A DNA stretch of 44,239 bases, filler included, from Catajapyx aquilonaris (taxonomy: Eukaryota), in assembly GCA_000934665.2 (NCBI GenBank). It is 2 parts of 2 records of this genome, joined end to end, with 100 filler letters (N's around TTAATTAATTAA, not from the genome) between each part and the next. Parts side by side here need not be neighbours in the genome. Positions count along the whole stretch, not along the records: positions 22,056 to 44,239 come from JYFJ02005943.1; 1 more part is not named here. One strand, given 5' to 3'. Under the pieces are notes generated by a model. The model was not told where the DNA came from and made no database searches. It saw only the letters and a list, made by a program, of their open reading frames with translations. The translations under genes were made by a program, and so were the position numbers. Shown piece after piece: positions 25,880 to 37,162 of this stretch; position 1 is the stretch's first letter; each line of letters opens with the position of its first letter.

Positions 25880-26156
25880 GCCACATTGAGCAACATTTGT
25901 GCAGTGTACTTTCCCCAAAATAACGTACGGCTGTTACAAAAAAAAATGGGGGGTGGTGGAAACTTTCTGACTTCATATTCGGAATCAGCGCACATGAATG
26001 CATTAGAAACAGCTAAAATTGTTCATGAGCCAAAAACCTTGTTGACTAGTGTAATCTATCACTGATCTCCTTCTGACTGAACAATTGGGCGCCTCGAAAA
26101 AAAAAATATTCGAAAGTTGTAGTTCACTAGTGAAAAGAAGTTGTGTTGGGCGATCC

Positions 26157-27688
26157 CAGGCCTATGACACTCCTCGAATACGGTAGGTTAACTCCTGTGT
26201 CCTGGCCAGACGGCGCTGATGGCGGAAAATGGCGGATGTCCCTCCACCAGTGTCTGCCGCCATCTTGAAGGCCCATTCCGGTTGGCCGGCAAGTCAATCT
26301 GCCTGCGGGTGGGTGCCAAAAAAAACATGCCGAAAAATAAGTACGGTACTGCTCGGAACTGCTAGCTATCTTTAGTCACGTCTAAATAAAATAAATGGTA
26401 CACTTACAATGCTCGGTAAATGTGCAGAAAGCATTCTGGGACACACCAAAAATGTCAAGGGAGCAGGAGGTGATTGTAAAAGAGCATTGTAAGTGTACTA
26501 ATTATTTTATTTAGACATGACTAAAGATAGCTAGCAGTACCGAGCAGTACCGTACTTATTTTTCGGCATGTTTTTTTTTGGCACCCACCCGCAGGCAGAT
26601 TGACTTGCCAGCCAACCGGAATGGGCCTTCAAGATGGCGGCAGACACTGGAGGGACATCCGCCATTTTCCGCCATCAGCGCCGTCTGGCCAGGACCAAAG
26701 AGCTTAATACTAGGAAGAGTGGAAAAAACGGTTTCCAAGCGTCGCCACTTTTTGGCCAGTTGTTTAGTCAACGTGCTTGGCTGACGACCACTACGCGGCG
26801 CCACTAGGCGGCACCGTCGAGTGCTGTCGAGAGGAATTTCAATAAACTGTGTTGATTTAATATCAAGAGCCACATAATTAAGAGTTATAAATCTAAAAAC
26901 TGACCAATATGAGGTCGTATGCGGTTAAGGCACTAATTTTGGACCCGAAACCGATATTCGACGCAGCTTGCCACCCTGCACCTAACAATCCAAATAATCA
27001 CCGATCGTTGCTTAGAAATCACGTTCGAATTTTGAAATAGAACAAGTTCCAAGGCCGGCATAGTGGGGCGTAGACGGTCGGGGGTTGGGTGCCGAGTGCT
27101 ACTACTGCTGTTCGCGCACGGGGTCTCGGATCGCATTCTTTTCATTACCAAAGGACCCTCCACGGCTCTCGAGTTCACGGTAGAAGAACAACAAGCCCGT
27201 CCCGCCACAAGATGGACATAGCAGCGGGGGGTATATTTTCCTGTCATGACCATGCTCAGCATCATGACCAGTGTGTACAGTAGCCTACCGTGGTGTGTAT
27301 TGTAGAGCGCAGAGTGTGGGATTATTGTAGTGGCAATAAACTTCTGGCAAACAATTTGCTTTTCGTGATGGTATTTTATTCACAGGTCTTCTACATCGTG
27401 TTTTGTCGTCAATTTTTACACCAACGAGAGTATACGAGTGCTTATAGCTTATTTCCAACCTCTGGGGCTTTTATTGCCATATTTCCGGCACTGCCTCGAT
27501 CTACCGTATTGTACAATACAGTGTCGAGTTTGGCTGTCGATCGCCAGGTGGCAGGTCAGTCGATTGGAGACACGGTTGCTATGCTACCAGCTGTTTTTTC
27601 CACTCTTCCTAGTATTAAGCTCTTTGGCCAGGACACAGGAGTTAACCTACCGTCATCATACATGTAGGTGGGCTGTGTCAGGGGGCTG
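26157..27688. mobile_element. Foldback MITE with 8-bp TSD GGCGATCC (hAT/P-like), interrupted by 26696-27626
   Basis: GGCGATCC|CAGGCCTATGACAC ... GTGTCAGGGGGCTG|GGCGATCC; near-perfect arms 26181-26394 vs 26502-26695 + 27635-27652. Confidence 0.8.
26696..27626. mobile_element. Non-autonomous P-element-like transposon, 931 bp, ~34-bp TIR, 8-bp TSD GCCAGGAC
   Basis: GCCAGGAC|CAAAGAGCTTAATACTAGGAAGAGTGGAAAAAAC ... GTTTTTTCCACTCTTCCTAGTATTAAGCTCTTTG|GCCAGGAC; possible THAP remnant (AFFSLPKDPPR) at ~27133-27165. Confidence 0.8.
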
Positions 27689-28629
27689 GGCGATCCTTTT
27701 GACGGGTAAAAAATCTGAGTCATGTGGGTTAATACCCTGAGGCTCCGCCAGGGGCGTAAGGGACGCAACTTCCGGGTTTTCGCTTCTTGGTGTGCGAGTA
27801 CACTTATCCGGCTTAAAAATGAAAGGTTGTGGCCATTTGGGGTGAAATGTCGTTATTTTTGCGATATCTTGTATCGTTGACGAGATATTGATCAAAAACA
27901 CAGGTCCAAAAATTACACAGAGAAACGAAATTGTTGTTGTTGTTTTTTTGTACCTTGAAGGTTAGACCGATGTTAGAGCATATCTGTGGCACTGATTCCA
28001 AAACTGGCATCCGTTTTGCCCCATCAGATCAGGTTTTTGAGATATATCGCTTTAAAGTTTGGACCGGTTTACTATAGGGTCTTCCCTAATCAAGTGAGCC
28101 GAAATGTTTTTAGACTTAGATGATCTCGGATCTTGGTGAAAATAATCACAGATGTACAGACTTATGACATAATGCTGCATATCAAGTTTCAGCCACATTG
28201 CGCAATACCATTGGGAGCTAAGAAATCGAGAATCTTTGAAAATGGCCGTGTCTGAACAAGTGACCAATGAAATGTACAAACAAATTTTTGTTACATTTAA
28301 GAGAAAAACTAATTCCATCAGCGCATTATCCTGGTATTTCTCTTTCTTTTGATATATATGTTCATTGGGTTTTTATCAATTCCACTAACCGAAAAAAGTT
28401 CTACAAATAAGGGCTCATTTTCGGCCATTTTCAATGTTTCTCGATTTTTCCCCCTCCCAATGATATTGCGCAATGTGGCTGAAACTTGATATGCAGCATT
28501 ATGGCATATGTCTGATTGTCTGTACATCTGTGATTATTTTCACCAACATCCGAGATCATCTAAAAAGATTTCGGCTCACTTGATTCGGAAAGACCCCTAG
28601 TAAACCGGTATAAACTTTAAAACGATATA

Positions 28630-28883
28630 TCTATATAAATAATGCCGTTTGTGAGTCTGTCTGTCTGTCCGCCTGCCAACCGGTGTTGGGACTTGGGACT
28701 ACAGATGGCAGGCAAATGACGGTTGCCGTTATACAGGCGGGAGAGGTTGAAGGTGTTGGAGTAGCAGGACCACAGATGGCATTGGTGGGCGGACACACAG
28801 AAAGACAGACAGTTGACGGGGCTACTGGCAGGAGTTTTCCCTTCATTCATTTCTTTCCGGGCAACGCCGGGTGCCGCAGCTAG
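28630..28883 (+). mobile_element. Non-autonomous Helitron, 254 bp
   Basis: A|TCTATATAAATAAT 5' end, (GTCT)n tract, subterminal hairpin CCGGGCAACGCCGG, 3' CTAG|T, no TSD; removing it restores the host foldback arm. Confidence 0.85.
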
Positions 28884-30565
28884 TATCAAATACTAGAGCT
28901 GATGGAGCAAAATGGATGCCAGTTTCGGAATCAGCGCCAGAGATATGCCCTAAAATCGGTCTAACCTTCAAGACACCCCAAAAAAATTTAATTTTGTTCC
29001 CCCTGTGTAATTTTTGGACCTGTGTTTTTGGTCAATATCTCGTCAACGGTGACTCAGGATATTAACCCACATGACTCAGATTTTTTACAAGTCAAAAGGA
29101 TCACCCAACACAACTTTTTTTTTTTCACTAGCGAACTGCAACTGCAACTTCCACTTCGACCCAGGGTCCCCTACATGGTTGCCTCCCCCACCCTAACCAG
29201 GGTATTGTCTCCACGTAGTCCTTATGGGGCGTCCATAATGGAGCTAGATTGCATGCTGGAGGATAGGAAATTGGCAAGCGTCCAATTTTTTTTTTTCAAT
29301 GACATTTTTTCACTGCATGCAGATCCCATCTGATTTAGATCCGATATGTCGGAGAGACAATACCCTGTCTAGGTTAGAGAGGCACTCATGGAGGTTACCC
29401 TGCTTCGACCAACTCAGCTTGGAGGCTCACTGCTATCTCCCTTTCCACCACCTATCCCCCTCCCAGGAAACCTTGGGTGGGATCCGTCATGCATTGGGCT
29501 GGTGAAATAGTATTAACAGGATTGGGTAATGAAAGACAAGGTTGAAGGTAATGTGCAGGTGCTTACATGGCCGTTTGGCCACCTGGGCACATCATATTGT
29601 GACACCTAAAGTTTAAGGTCGCAAACCTAATTGCTATTTTTAATTGGCGCCAAACCTGGTAGCACCTTGAGAATGAGATGGCTCGTCTCTGTATTTCATA
29701 TATTTTGTGTGTAGTGCCCAAATGAAGTTATTTTCAATTTCACATATTCATTACCTAGGTCCTACCTACATTAGCTATAGGGCTGGACTCTTATGAATTT
29801 GAAAGGGGTCTAACAGTTGTTACAAGATGCTAGTGCTTTGCTCGGCAAATAATAATTGAATGCCACAATGCAATAAGGGCCCATCTGTCAATTTTTACGG
29901 AAATGCTTTTATGGCATATTGTATACTTCCTCTGGTCCATCCGTATAAAATACAAGAAGAGCCGAAATGTCACTAGTAATGCCTGAAAAAGGCTTCTAAC
30001 CAGCGACGGACCAAAAACACGATTTCTCTATAGCAGTGACAATACTGACAAACGTGATTGTCATTTGAAAAGCGCGATTTTAATACATTACAAGTGACCC
30101 GCGATTTGAAAATAACGGTGATTTTTAGCGCGACGTGATTTTTGTCTCATAGCTACTTCTGAAGGCGATGCGTTACTTTACCATTTAGAACGTTCCCCTC
30201 TGAGGAGAAGTGCTAAACCTAGTGGAAAACGAAAAGAAAGTAGACTTGTGGGTCTACTCTCTACTGTATATGTCACCAAAAAATCTTTGACCTACGCCCT
30301 CGGAAAGTGGTCAAAAATGGCTGCTACTTTATGATCAGGTAGACCTATGTGGCATGGGAGACCAAAAAACATTAAATTTAATTAAATATAATGTGCAATT
30401 ACTCTGAAGCGAATAATGTGTCTCCTGCATATCATAATATTCATTCTTTTTACCTTGAGACGGTTTATTTCTCCATATTTAAGCCAAAGGAATGATATAC
30501 ATTGCAATAAGGGCCCAAACGCCCAATTGTGAGCATTAATGGTATTTAAATAAAATATAAATTAC

Positions 30566-30593
30566 ATGGGCATTTCAATGAAAGTGCTGTCAG
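30566..30593 (+). CDS. Tentative first coding exon (MGISMKVLS-G) of the MDP-1-like gene
   Basis: ATG at 30566 and 30578 in frame; CAG|gtattc donor in phase 1 matches the phase-1 acceptor at 32776 and completes a signal-peptide-like N-terminus. The intron is only ~180 bp once the SINE and Tigger insertions are removed. Confidence 0.4.
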
Positions 30594-30618
30594 GTATTCA
30601 TGTTGTAGATATCTGTCA

Positions 30619-30670
<52 letters not shown>

Positions 30671-30751
30671 GATACCCCGTGACAAGCCTCCTTGGGCTTT
30701 TTAGGGGATCATCTTTTTTAATTAACCGTCTTTAATCATTGCCTTTGCTGT
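30619..30751 (-). mobile_element. 5'-truncated SINE 3' end with (ATT)n tail
   Basis: Reverse complement of 31268-31353, followed by ~17 ATT units. Confidence 0.75.
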
Positions 30752-31199
30752 TATCTGTCATTAGGTTTAGAGCACAATTGCCTACCGTGAACAGAAACAG
30801 AAATACAGTAAAACTTCTATAAGTCGAACTTCCCTAAGTCGAATTTCTACAACTCGAATTTCTCCATAACTCGAAGTGCAGGCAGGGCCTTACGATGGGA
30901 TATCAATGCATTTTCAGTCTCCCTATAAGTCGAAGTTCATGTTGGCGAGTACGTAAAATTGTCTCATTTCCCAGCCGAAGGGTCGAGAGTCGGCCACATG
31001 TACAGAAAGACTCTTTCCTGATATCCGTCTACCAGACGTACCGAAAGAAGTGTTTGACTCGATTGTGAGGAACATTGTAAGTACTAGCGCACCCGTAGCC
31101 AAAATTTGGCAAAACCTGCAATGAGGAAGACAATGGAAATGAAAAAAATTGAATGAGATGGCTCGCTACGGGTGCGCTAGTGTGGCTATAGTTTCGATG

Positions 31200-31353
31200 G
31201 GTTCTCTCCGTGTTCGCGTGGGTTTTCTCGGGGGTTCTCCCGTTTCCTCTCACAATCAAAATCCATCACAGCAAAGGCAATGATTAAAGTCGGTCAATTA
31301 AAAGATGATCCCCTAAAAATCTCAAGGAGGCTTATCACGGGGTATCCATTATC
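31200..31353 (+). mobile_element. SINE fragment with V-domain-like core
   Basis: GTTCTCTCCGTGTTCGCGTGGGTTTTCTCGGGGTTCTCCCGTTTCCTCTCACA resembles the recalled V-SINE central domain; 3' end shared with 30619-30751. Confidence 0.65.
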
Positions 31354-32352
31354 TCCACTGTCATCTGTTGTGGCCCCGCCAGGCAGGGTTCGTCGCCCTG
31401 CAGGATATTTTTAGGTAATGCGGAGAGGAAGCGGAGCTGGGCGATTATTGTGGGTTTCGTATCCGCAACATTTACAGTACTGTCCGTCTTGTGGCGGTGG
31501 AGGCCAACGGACGTTATTGTGGCTTTGCCAACCTCCAATCCCCTGCTGATCCCACCGCTGATATCTTGTTTGCTTGCTCCGGGAGGTTCATGCTACGCCG
31601 CCAAATAAGTCGCAATGGTTTACTCTAAGCTAAGCTATCCGCTGAAAATGATAATAAGTTGCTACAGTAGATCTGGATCCAAGATGGCGGCATAGTTAGA
31701 AAGTGGGGCTGAAAGTAGCAGCGTATATGACAGCTTTCTGAATATGGGGGTGGCGACATGAGAAGCTCAGCGTAGGTGGCAGCACTGGGCTTGAGGCCTC
31801 AGCAGATATGAGCGCCAAAATACAGGTTGGAGTAAATGGAGGTTTCTCTTTACTGAGTGACAAGCATTTCGACTAAATCTCGCGGAGCATTGTGGCTGAC
31901 ACGGTTATAAGTATACATTAATATATAACCTGCATAATATCCATCCGTGCAGTAATCCTCTTCCAAAAAGTGATCCCGGCACACCCGCGGGACGCTGATG
32001 TACACACAAAATTCGCTCTTTTTTTATAGCTGCCAACCACTTGGAGCACTTTATCCCTGGGGAATCGGTCCCCCCCCCTTCTTACTGCACCAGTAGGCCA
32101 CACACGTAGTCGGCATTTTGTTTTACAAAGTGTAAATGCGATGAGCGAGTCAATACAAAGCACATTGCCAGCAGCCATGTCCTTGGTTTACAGCCCCAAG
32201 CCCCCTAGCGCTCCAGCGGCCAAAAGTAGCTGTCGCCACCCCCATTCTGAGGCTCAGATTGAATCAGTTGGCAGACCTGTATTGGCGGGAAAGGAAATAG
32301 GTGGCGGTTAGGACTTTTGGCGGGAAGGGAAAGCGGCGGCCTGATGACGAAT

Positions 32353-32444
32353 TAGTGCCGTACTGACCAAAAGGTGGAAGCACTCCCTTGGCCACCGCCA
32401 AAGGCCGCCAAGGGAGTGCTGCCACCTTTTTCGTCACGGCACTA
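32353..32444. mobile_element. 92-bp hairpin mini-element with TAG...CTA ends
   Basis: TAGTGCCGT..AAAAGGTGGAAGCACTCCCTTGGC pairs with GCCAAGGGAGTGCTGCCACCTTTT..ACGGCACTA. Confidence 0.65.
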
Positions 32445-32775
32445 CTTCTTCAGGCAGCAACATCTGGCGTTCCAGACAATGCTATTATTATGGGGACGAT
32501 GATAGTGACAGTTATTTTTAAGTTATGAACACCTTTCGCCGCTGGATATAAAGGTAATAGGCTTCCTTGCAGAGTAATGTGCTTTAAAAAATCCAAACTT
32601 CTCTAACTCGAATCTTCTATAACTCGACGTTTTTTTCCGGTCCCATGGAGATTCGACATATAGAAGTTTTACTGTAAATAGTTTTTTTCGCTTCCTGGAC
32701 ATTTTCAATTTTCACAATTGGACCCTGATTGAATTGTGGTCCTCAATTATAAGCTTTTGCTTTTCGGAAATTTAG

Positions 32776-32896
32776 GTATTGTTTTTTTTGTACTTTTGAT
32801 TATATTCCTTCGAATAAGGAGGGCGCACAGTATTAACGAGTGTATCGAGTGCAAGGGGCCCGGGGGGCATACCCCTCATTTCACAGATATAGGCAG
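32776..32896 (+). CDS. MDP-1-like gene exon: hydrophobic leader and N-terminal segment
   Basis: tttag|GT acceptor; reads (G)IVFFVLLIIFLRIRRAHSINECIECKGPGGHTPHFTDIG(R); CAG|gtggat donor in phase 2 matches the next exon; HTPHF aligns with MDP-1 HVDPPF. Confidence 0.6.
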
Positions 32897-33353
32897 GTGG
32901 ATACGCCAATACGAATAACATACTTACCATTGAACATCTCAATTCAATAAGGTGGGAAAACATAAAAATAATGTTCAGGAAACGAACAAAACTCTTTATT
33001 TCTGTCCGATCATATAGTTAACAAAATTTTGAAAGCCTGCTTCAGGCGCTTCTAGTGACATTTCAGCTCTTGCAATCTCGACCGATGGGTATTCACCAAA
33101 ATAAAGACAATACTACACACTAATTTATTCAATATTGATGTATTCTTCACTTGCGTATATTGTTGAATTATAAGTTTCAACCCGGCAATAATTATGTTCG
33201 AAGTGAATGACCATTCGTTCTATTATTTCAGAAAAAACGCTGTTTGATTTTGCTATCACTGAAGTATTCCCACCTCTCACCTACATCCGGTAAGGCAATA
33301 AATGCATATTTAGTATGAAAACTCAGAAACTTACCTCCCTCTACCTTTTTCAG

Positions 33354-33593
33354 GCCAAATGTCCTTAGAGACGATCTTGCCTGTACCTTCAAAGCATACC
33401 CTGGAGCAACAGAGGTAATGGAATACCTGCACGACACGGACATCCAAATAGGGATCATCCATGACACATGGGGAGATTGCGACGAACATGATGACATGCA
33501 CACTCACCCATGGCTTACCCACATATTGAAGTGGGATCAGTACATAACCCATGCGGCTATATACCCAGAAAATAAAGATCACTTGCTCCTAAG
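33354..33593 (+). CDS. MDP-1-like (HAD-superfamily) gene, central exon
   Basis: ctctaccttttttcag-type acceptor, AAG|gtaggg donor, 240 nt open: PNVLRDDLACTFKAYPGATEVMEYLHDTDIQIGIIHDTWGDCDEHDDMHTHPWLTHILKWDQYITHAAIYPENKDHLLL(R). Collinear with recalled MDP-1 VRD..LYPEVPEVL...RYFVHREIYPGSK. Confidence 0.85.
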
Positions 33594-33827
33594 GTAGGGT
33601 ATAGATTGTCTTGTATGGTTTTTGGACACGAAATGAGACTAAAGTAGAAGACTATATTTGAGTATGAAACAAAATTAATATGAGGGGTCTCGTGGGGTAC
33701 CTAACTCGTAAAAATTATCCTCTTCCACCTCGTCCTCTTCTTCCCCCGCGCCCGCCTCTGCCCACACCCCCCTCAAATAGAAACAAGATTGGCAAATCAT
33801 GTGAGCGTGATTAGAACAGACTACTCA

Positions 33828-36367
33828 TAGTGCAGTCATTTTAGACCAAAATGTTGGCGTCAGGTAAAAAAATCCTTACAAGCAAGAGATTTGGTGTATG
33901 TGTAGTATTTGATCACCCTTGTAACATACTAAAAGTCCTCGGAAATCCATGCTGTGCGACGGCCGCCATCTTGAAAAATGGCGGCCGAAATCCAATTTTT
34001 CACTCTTATCTCGGAAAATACACATGTTATTAAAATGTTTTTTAAACAAAAAATGTTTGCTATGCAATTGCCCATAAAATCTATTCTTATCATTATTTTG
34101 ATAAACCTTGCCATTATGCCAGAAATCTAATTTCCTTTGTTCAATATATGTCGAAAAATGGGATTTCAGCCGCCATTTTCCAAGATGGGCATTTTTCAAG
34201 ATGTGGGTGTGGGTGTAGGTTTATCAACAGGACTGGTAGGTGACATATATCAGTAACTTGTGACAAAGCGAGAGAGAAGGGAGAAGAATCAATGGAGGAA
34301 ATGAAAGGGAAAACCTTTGGCACGCTTACAATACAAAGGAAATACAAAGTGAAACCGCTTGCAGGGGTTAGTTCTGCTATCCGGCTAGGAGACGATTCTG
34401 TTGTTGTTAACACCCAGCAGGTTTTTAACAGGATTATATGTGTTGAGAGAGAACCACATAAGCTAAAGGAGTATTTTACGTTTGAGCATGCACCAAGGCC
34501 TCCTTCCTTATTTGAGGATGTATCACAAAGGAAAGAAGTGAAATCTTCTTTGGTAAAAGCATTCCAAGTCGAGGAGTTCCCACACATTCCTGAGAACTGT
34601 GCGTACATTATAGACGGTGAGCATCTCCTGCACCGTGTAGTATGGCCCCGACCTGACGATTGTTATCCAATCTTAATACGGGAGCAACTGCGTGGTGGTT
34701 TTCGATGGATACCCTGATTATCCTACAACCAAATGCTGTGAACAGCAACGAAGAGCTGCCAGAAGAACCTCTGCTGCAATTGATCCATAAGAAAATACAG
34801 AAACGATAACAATGCAGGCTGAGTTCTTAGCAAACAGAAGAAACGAAAAAATCCATAGAACTGCTTTCAAGACATTGCCTGTCATCAAATATACAGGTGA
34901 GGTTAGCAGAATCAGATGCTGATACCCTGATTGTTTCAACAGCATTAGAGAGGTAAATTGCAGGAAATGAAGCTATTGCAAAAGGACAGTTTCCTGAGGG
35001 AAGGCAGGAAAGTTTTTAACGATCCTTCTTCAACCAAAAGAAGAGGTAGCTGCTGCAGGAGAAGACTTTTTACTTCGCTTATATGGATTATCAAGAAGTA
35101 ATACCTTATATGCTTTGCGCTACTACAGATCGCCTACCATCTTCTAAATATCCAAACAGCCAGTCGGCAAAACGTTGACCTCGCATCTCTGCCTCCAACT
35201 AGTGATGCTGCAGGACAACATTCATACCGGGCGTATCTACAAGTTCAGAATTGGAAAGGTAACAGGATGAACCCTTCTGACTAGGGGTGGATACTAAAGA
35301 GAGACAGTTTCACACTCGTGTCTATGACAAAAAAAAAAAAAAACGCTCCGCAGGAATTGTTAACGCTAACATCGTGTACCTGTAAAATCAACTCTGCCAA
35401 CAGATGTAAATGTAGAAAATCTGGAATGAAGTGCTCGACTATGTGTAGAGAGTGTCAAGGACTATATCCTGCATGAATTCCGAAGATGTTCAATCCGATG
35501 AAGATGATGATAATGTCTAGTAGGCCTACTTGTGTATATTGCAAGTAGAGTCTTTTCTTTTTCGCTGAACTATTATACTATATCTGGCATAATGGCAAGG
35601 TTTATCAAAAGAAGGCTAAGAATAAATGATGTGGGCAACTGCACAGCAAACATTTTTGTTTAAAAACATGTATAGTTTCCGAGATAAGTGTGAAATATGC
35701 TGGGATTTAGGCTGCCATTTTCCAAGGTGGCGGCCGTCCCACAGCCTTGATTTTCGAGGATTTTTACTATGTTACAAGGGTGATCAAATACTACACATAT
35801 ACCAAATATCTCGCTTGTAAGGATTTTTTAATACCTCATTTTCATAAAATGACTGCATCACTATTTGGCCAGCATAATGTAGCCATGGGCCACGTTATAA
35901 TATTATTTTATATTATAATAACCCTTACAAGCAAGAGATTTGGTAGCCTATGTGTAGTATTTGATCACCCTTGTAACATACTAAAAGTCCTCGAAATCAA
36001 TGCTGTGTGACGGCCACCATCTTGGAAAGTGGCGGCCGAAATCCCATTTTTCGACATATATTGAACAAAGGAAATTAGATTTCTGGCATAATAGCAAGGT
36101 TTATAAAAATAATGATAAGAATAGATTTTATGGGCATTTGCATAGCAAACATTTTTTGTTGAAAAGACATTTTGATAACATGTGTATTTTTCGAGATAAG
36201 AGTGAAAAATTGGATTTCGGCCGCCATTTTTCAAGATGGCGGCCGTCGCACAGCATGGATTTCCGAGGACTTTTAGTATGTTACAAGGGTGATCAAATAC
36301 TACACATACACCAAATCTTTTGCTTGTAAGGATTTTTTTACCTAATTTTCATAAAATGACTGCACTA
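33828..36367. mobile_element. Academ (AcademX-type) DNA transposon, internally deleted and composite, 3-bp TSD TCA
   Basis: TCA|TAGTGCAGTCATTTTA ... TAAAATGACTGCACTA|TCA; ~350-bp TIRs; TAG..CTA ends; decayed nuclease and Cys-rich coding region. Confidence 0.8.
34250..35520 (+). pseudogene. Decayed C-terminal part of an Academ-type protein (XPG/PIN-like nuclease + Cys-rich finger)
   Basis: FTFEHAPRPPSLF, YIIDGEHLLHRVVWP, EFLANRRN, LASLPPTSDAAGQHSYRAYLQVQNW...GW...APQELL...CTCK...CKCRKSGMKCSTMCREC; many frameshifts and stops. Confidence 0.8.
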
Positions 36368-37162
36368 TCATTCTTTCAATATAATGAAACTTATGGGTAA
36401 TTTCTCCCCAAATAAAGTAACATTGACGAGCAAGTAAATCAAGTTTAATAGTAGGCCTATACTAAATTTACACATTGTTACAAAAGATTATTACAGTAGA
36501 ACCCCTATTATCCGTCACGGGACTGGGACATTGCATTGCTCTGAAACTCTGAAGTAGGCGTATACGTGTAGAGTGAACCCGGAATTAAACCGGAAGTGGC
36601 GGGTCTCCAGAAGTTGACCATGACACGTATTTAAGTCACGCTTAATCCGAATATGAAAACTGTTTGTCGCTATCTTTTACGGTTGAGGCCCTGATACCTG
36701 TCCACAGACGGACAGACAGAAAGACAGACAGAGTCGTTCTATAAGACTTTTTTCGATGATGATAAAAAGTCTAAAAGTCCAGTGATGCCCATTACTCTCT
36801 ACTCTCCCATAATAATAGGATATCCACTTCCTACAGACATGTGTCTTCTTAGCAAATCAGCTTTTCAGCACCCGACTTTATTCTAAATTAAACTGATGCT
36901 AGGCCCACATTTGAATGCAAAACAACTCCTAGAAAACGGCTCAGCTGAAGAGATTCCATCGGAACTTCTAAAATAGGGAGAATATTCGAACAAGGGACCT
37001 CTCGGAAGTGGAATGGGTATGGGTATACCTTATTATCAATGGCTTTTCAACTCAACAACAGTTAATCAAAAACATTTCACTTGGTCTCATATCGTGTCAT
37101 TTCGAATCCTCTTATAAGTAGGAACTTATTCAATAGTGTCCTAAATATTTTCCCTGCTATAG

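Larger units (their letters stand above)
26115..29143. mobile_element. Large foldback element hosting nested insertions
   Basis: Left arm 26115-26156 + 27697-28250 is the reverse complement of 28420-28629 + 28884-29143 (e.g. AAAAAATCTGAGTCATGTGGGTTAAT / ATTAACCCACATGACTCAGATTTTTT). Confidence 0.8.
30806..32674. mobile_element. Tigger/pogo-type non-autonomous element with nested insertions, TA TSD
   Basis: TA|CAGTAAAACTTCTATAAGTCGAA ... TTCGACATATAGAAGTTTTACTG|TA, with subterminal (T)AACTCGAA/AAGTCGAA repeats at both ends. Confidence 0.85.

Noticed and set aside
26199..26695. Apparent inverted TSD (GTCCTGGC / GCCAGGAC)
   Set aside because: Explained by a normal direct TSD GCCAGGAC flanking 26696-27626, inserted in the arm of a foldback.
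32525..32560. Alternative first exon ATGAACACC...AAAG|gtaata for the MDP-1-like gene
   Set aside because: In-frame TAA before the donor, and it lies inside the Tigger-like element.
36493..36780. Tigger-like left TIR (CAGTAGAACCCC) and a (GACA)n Helitron-like fragment
   Set aside because: No partner terminus or TSD found; too fragmentary to annotate.
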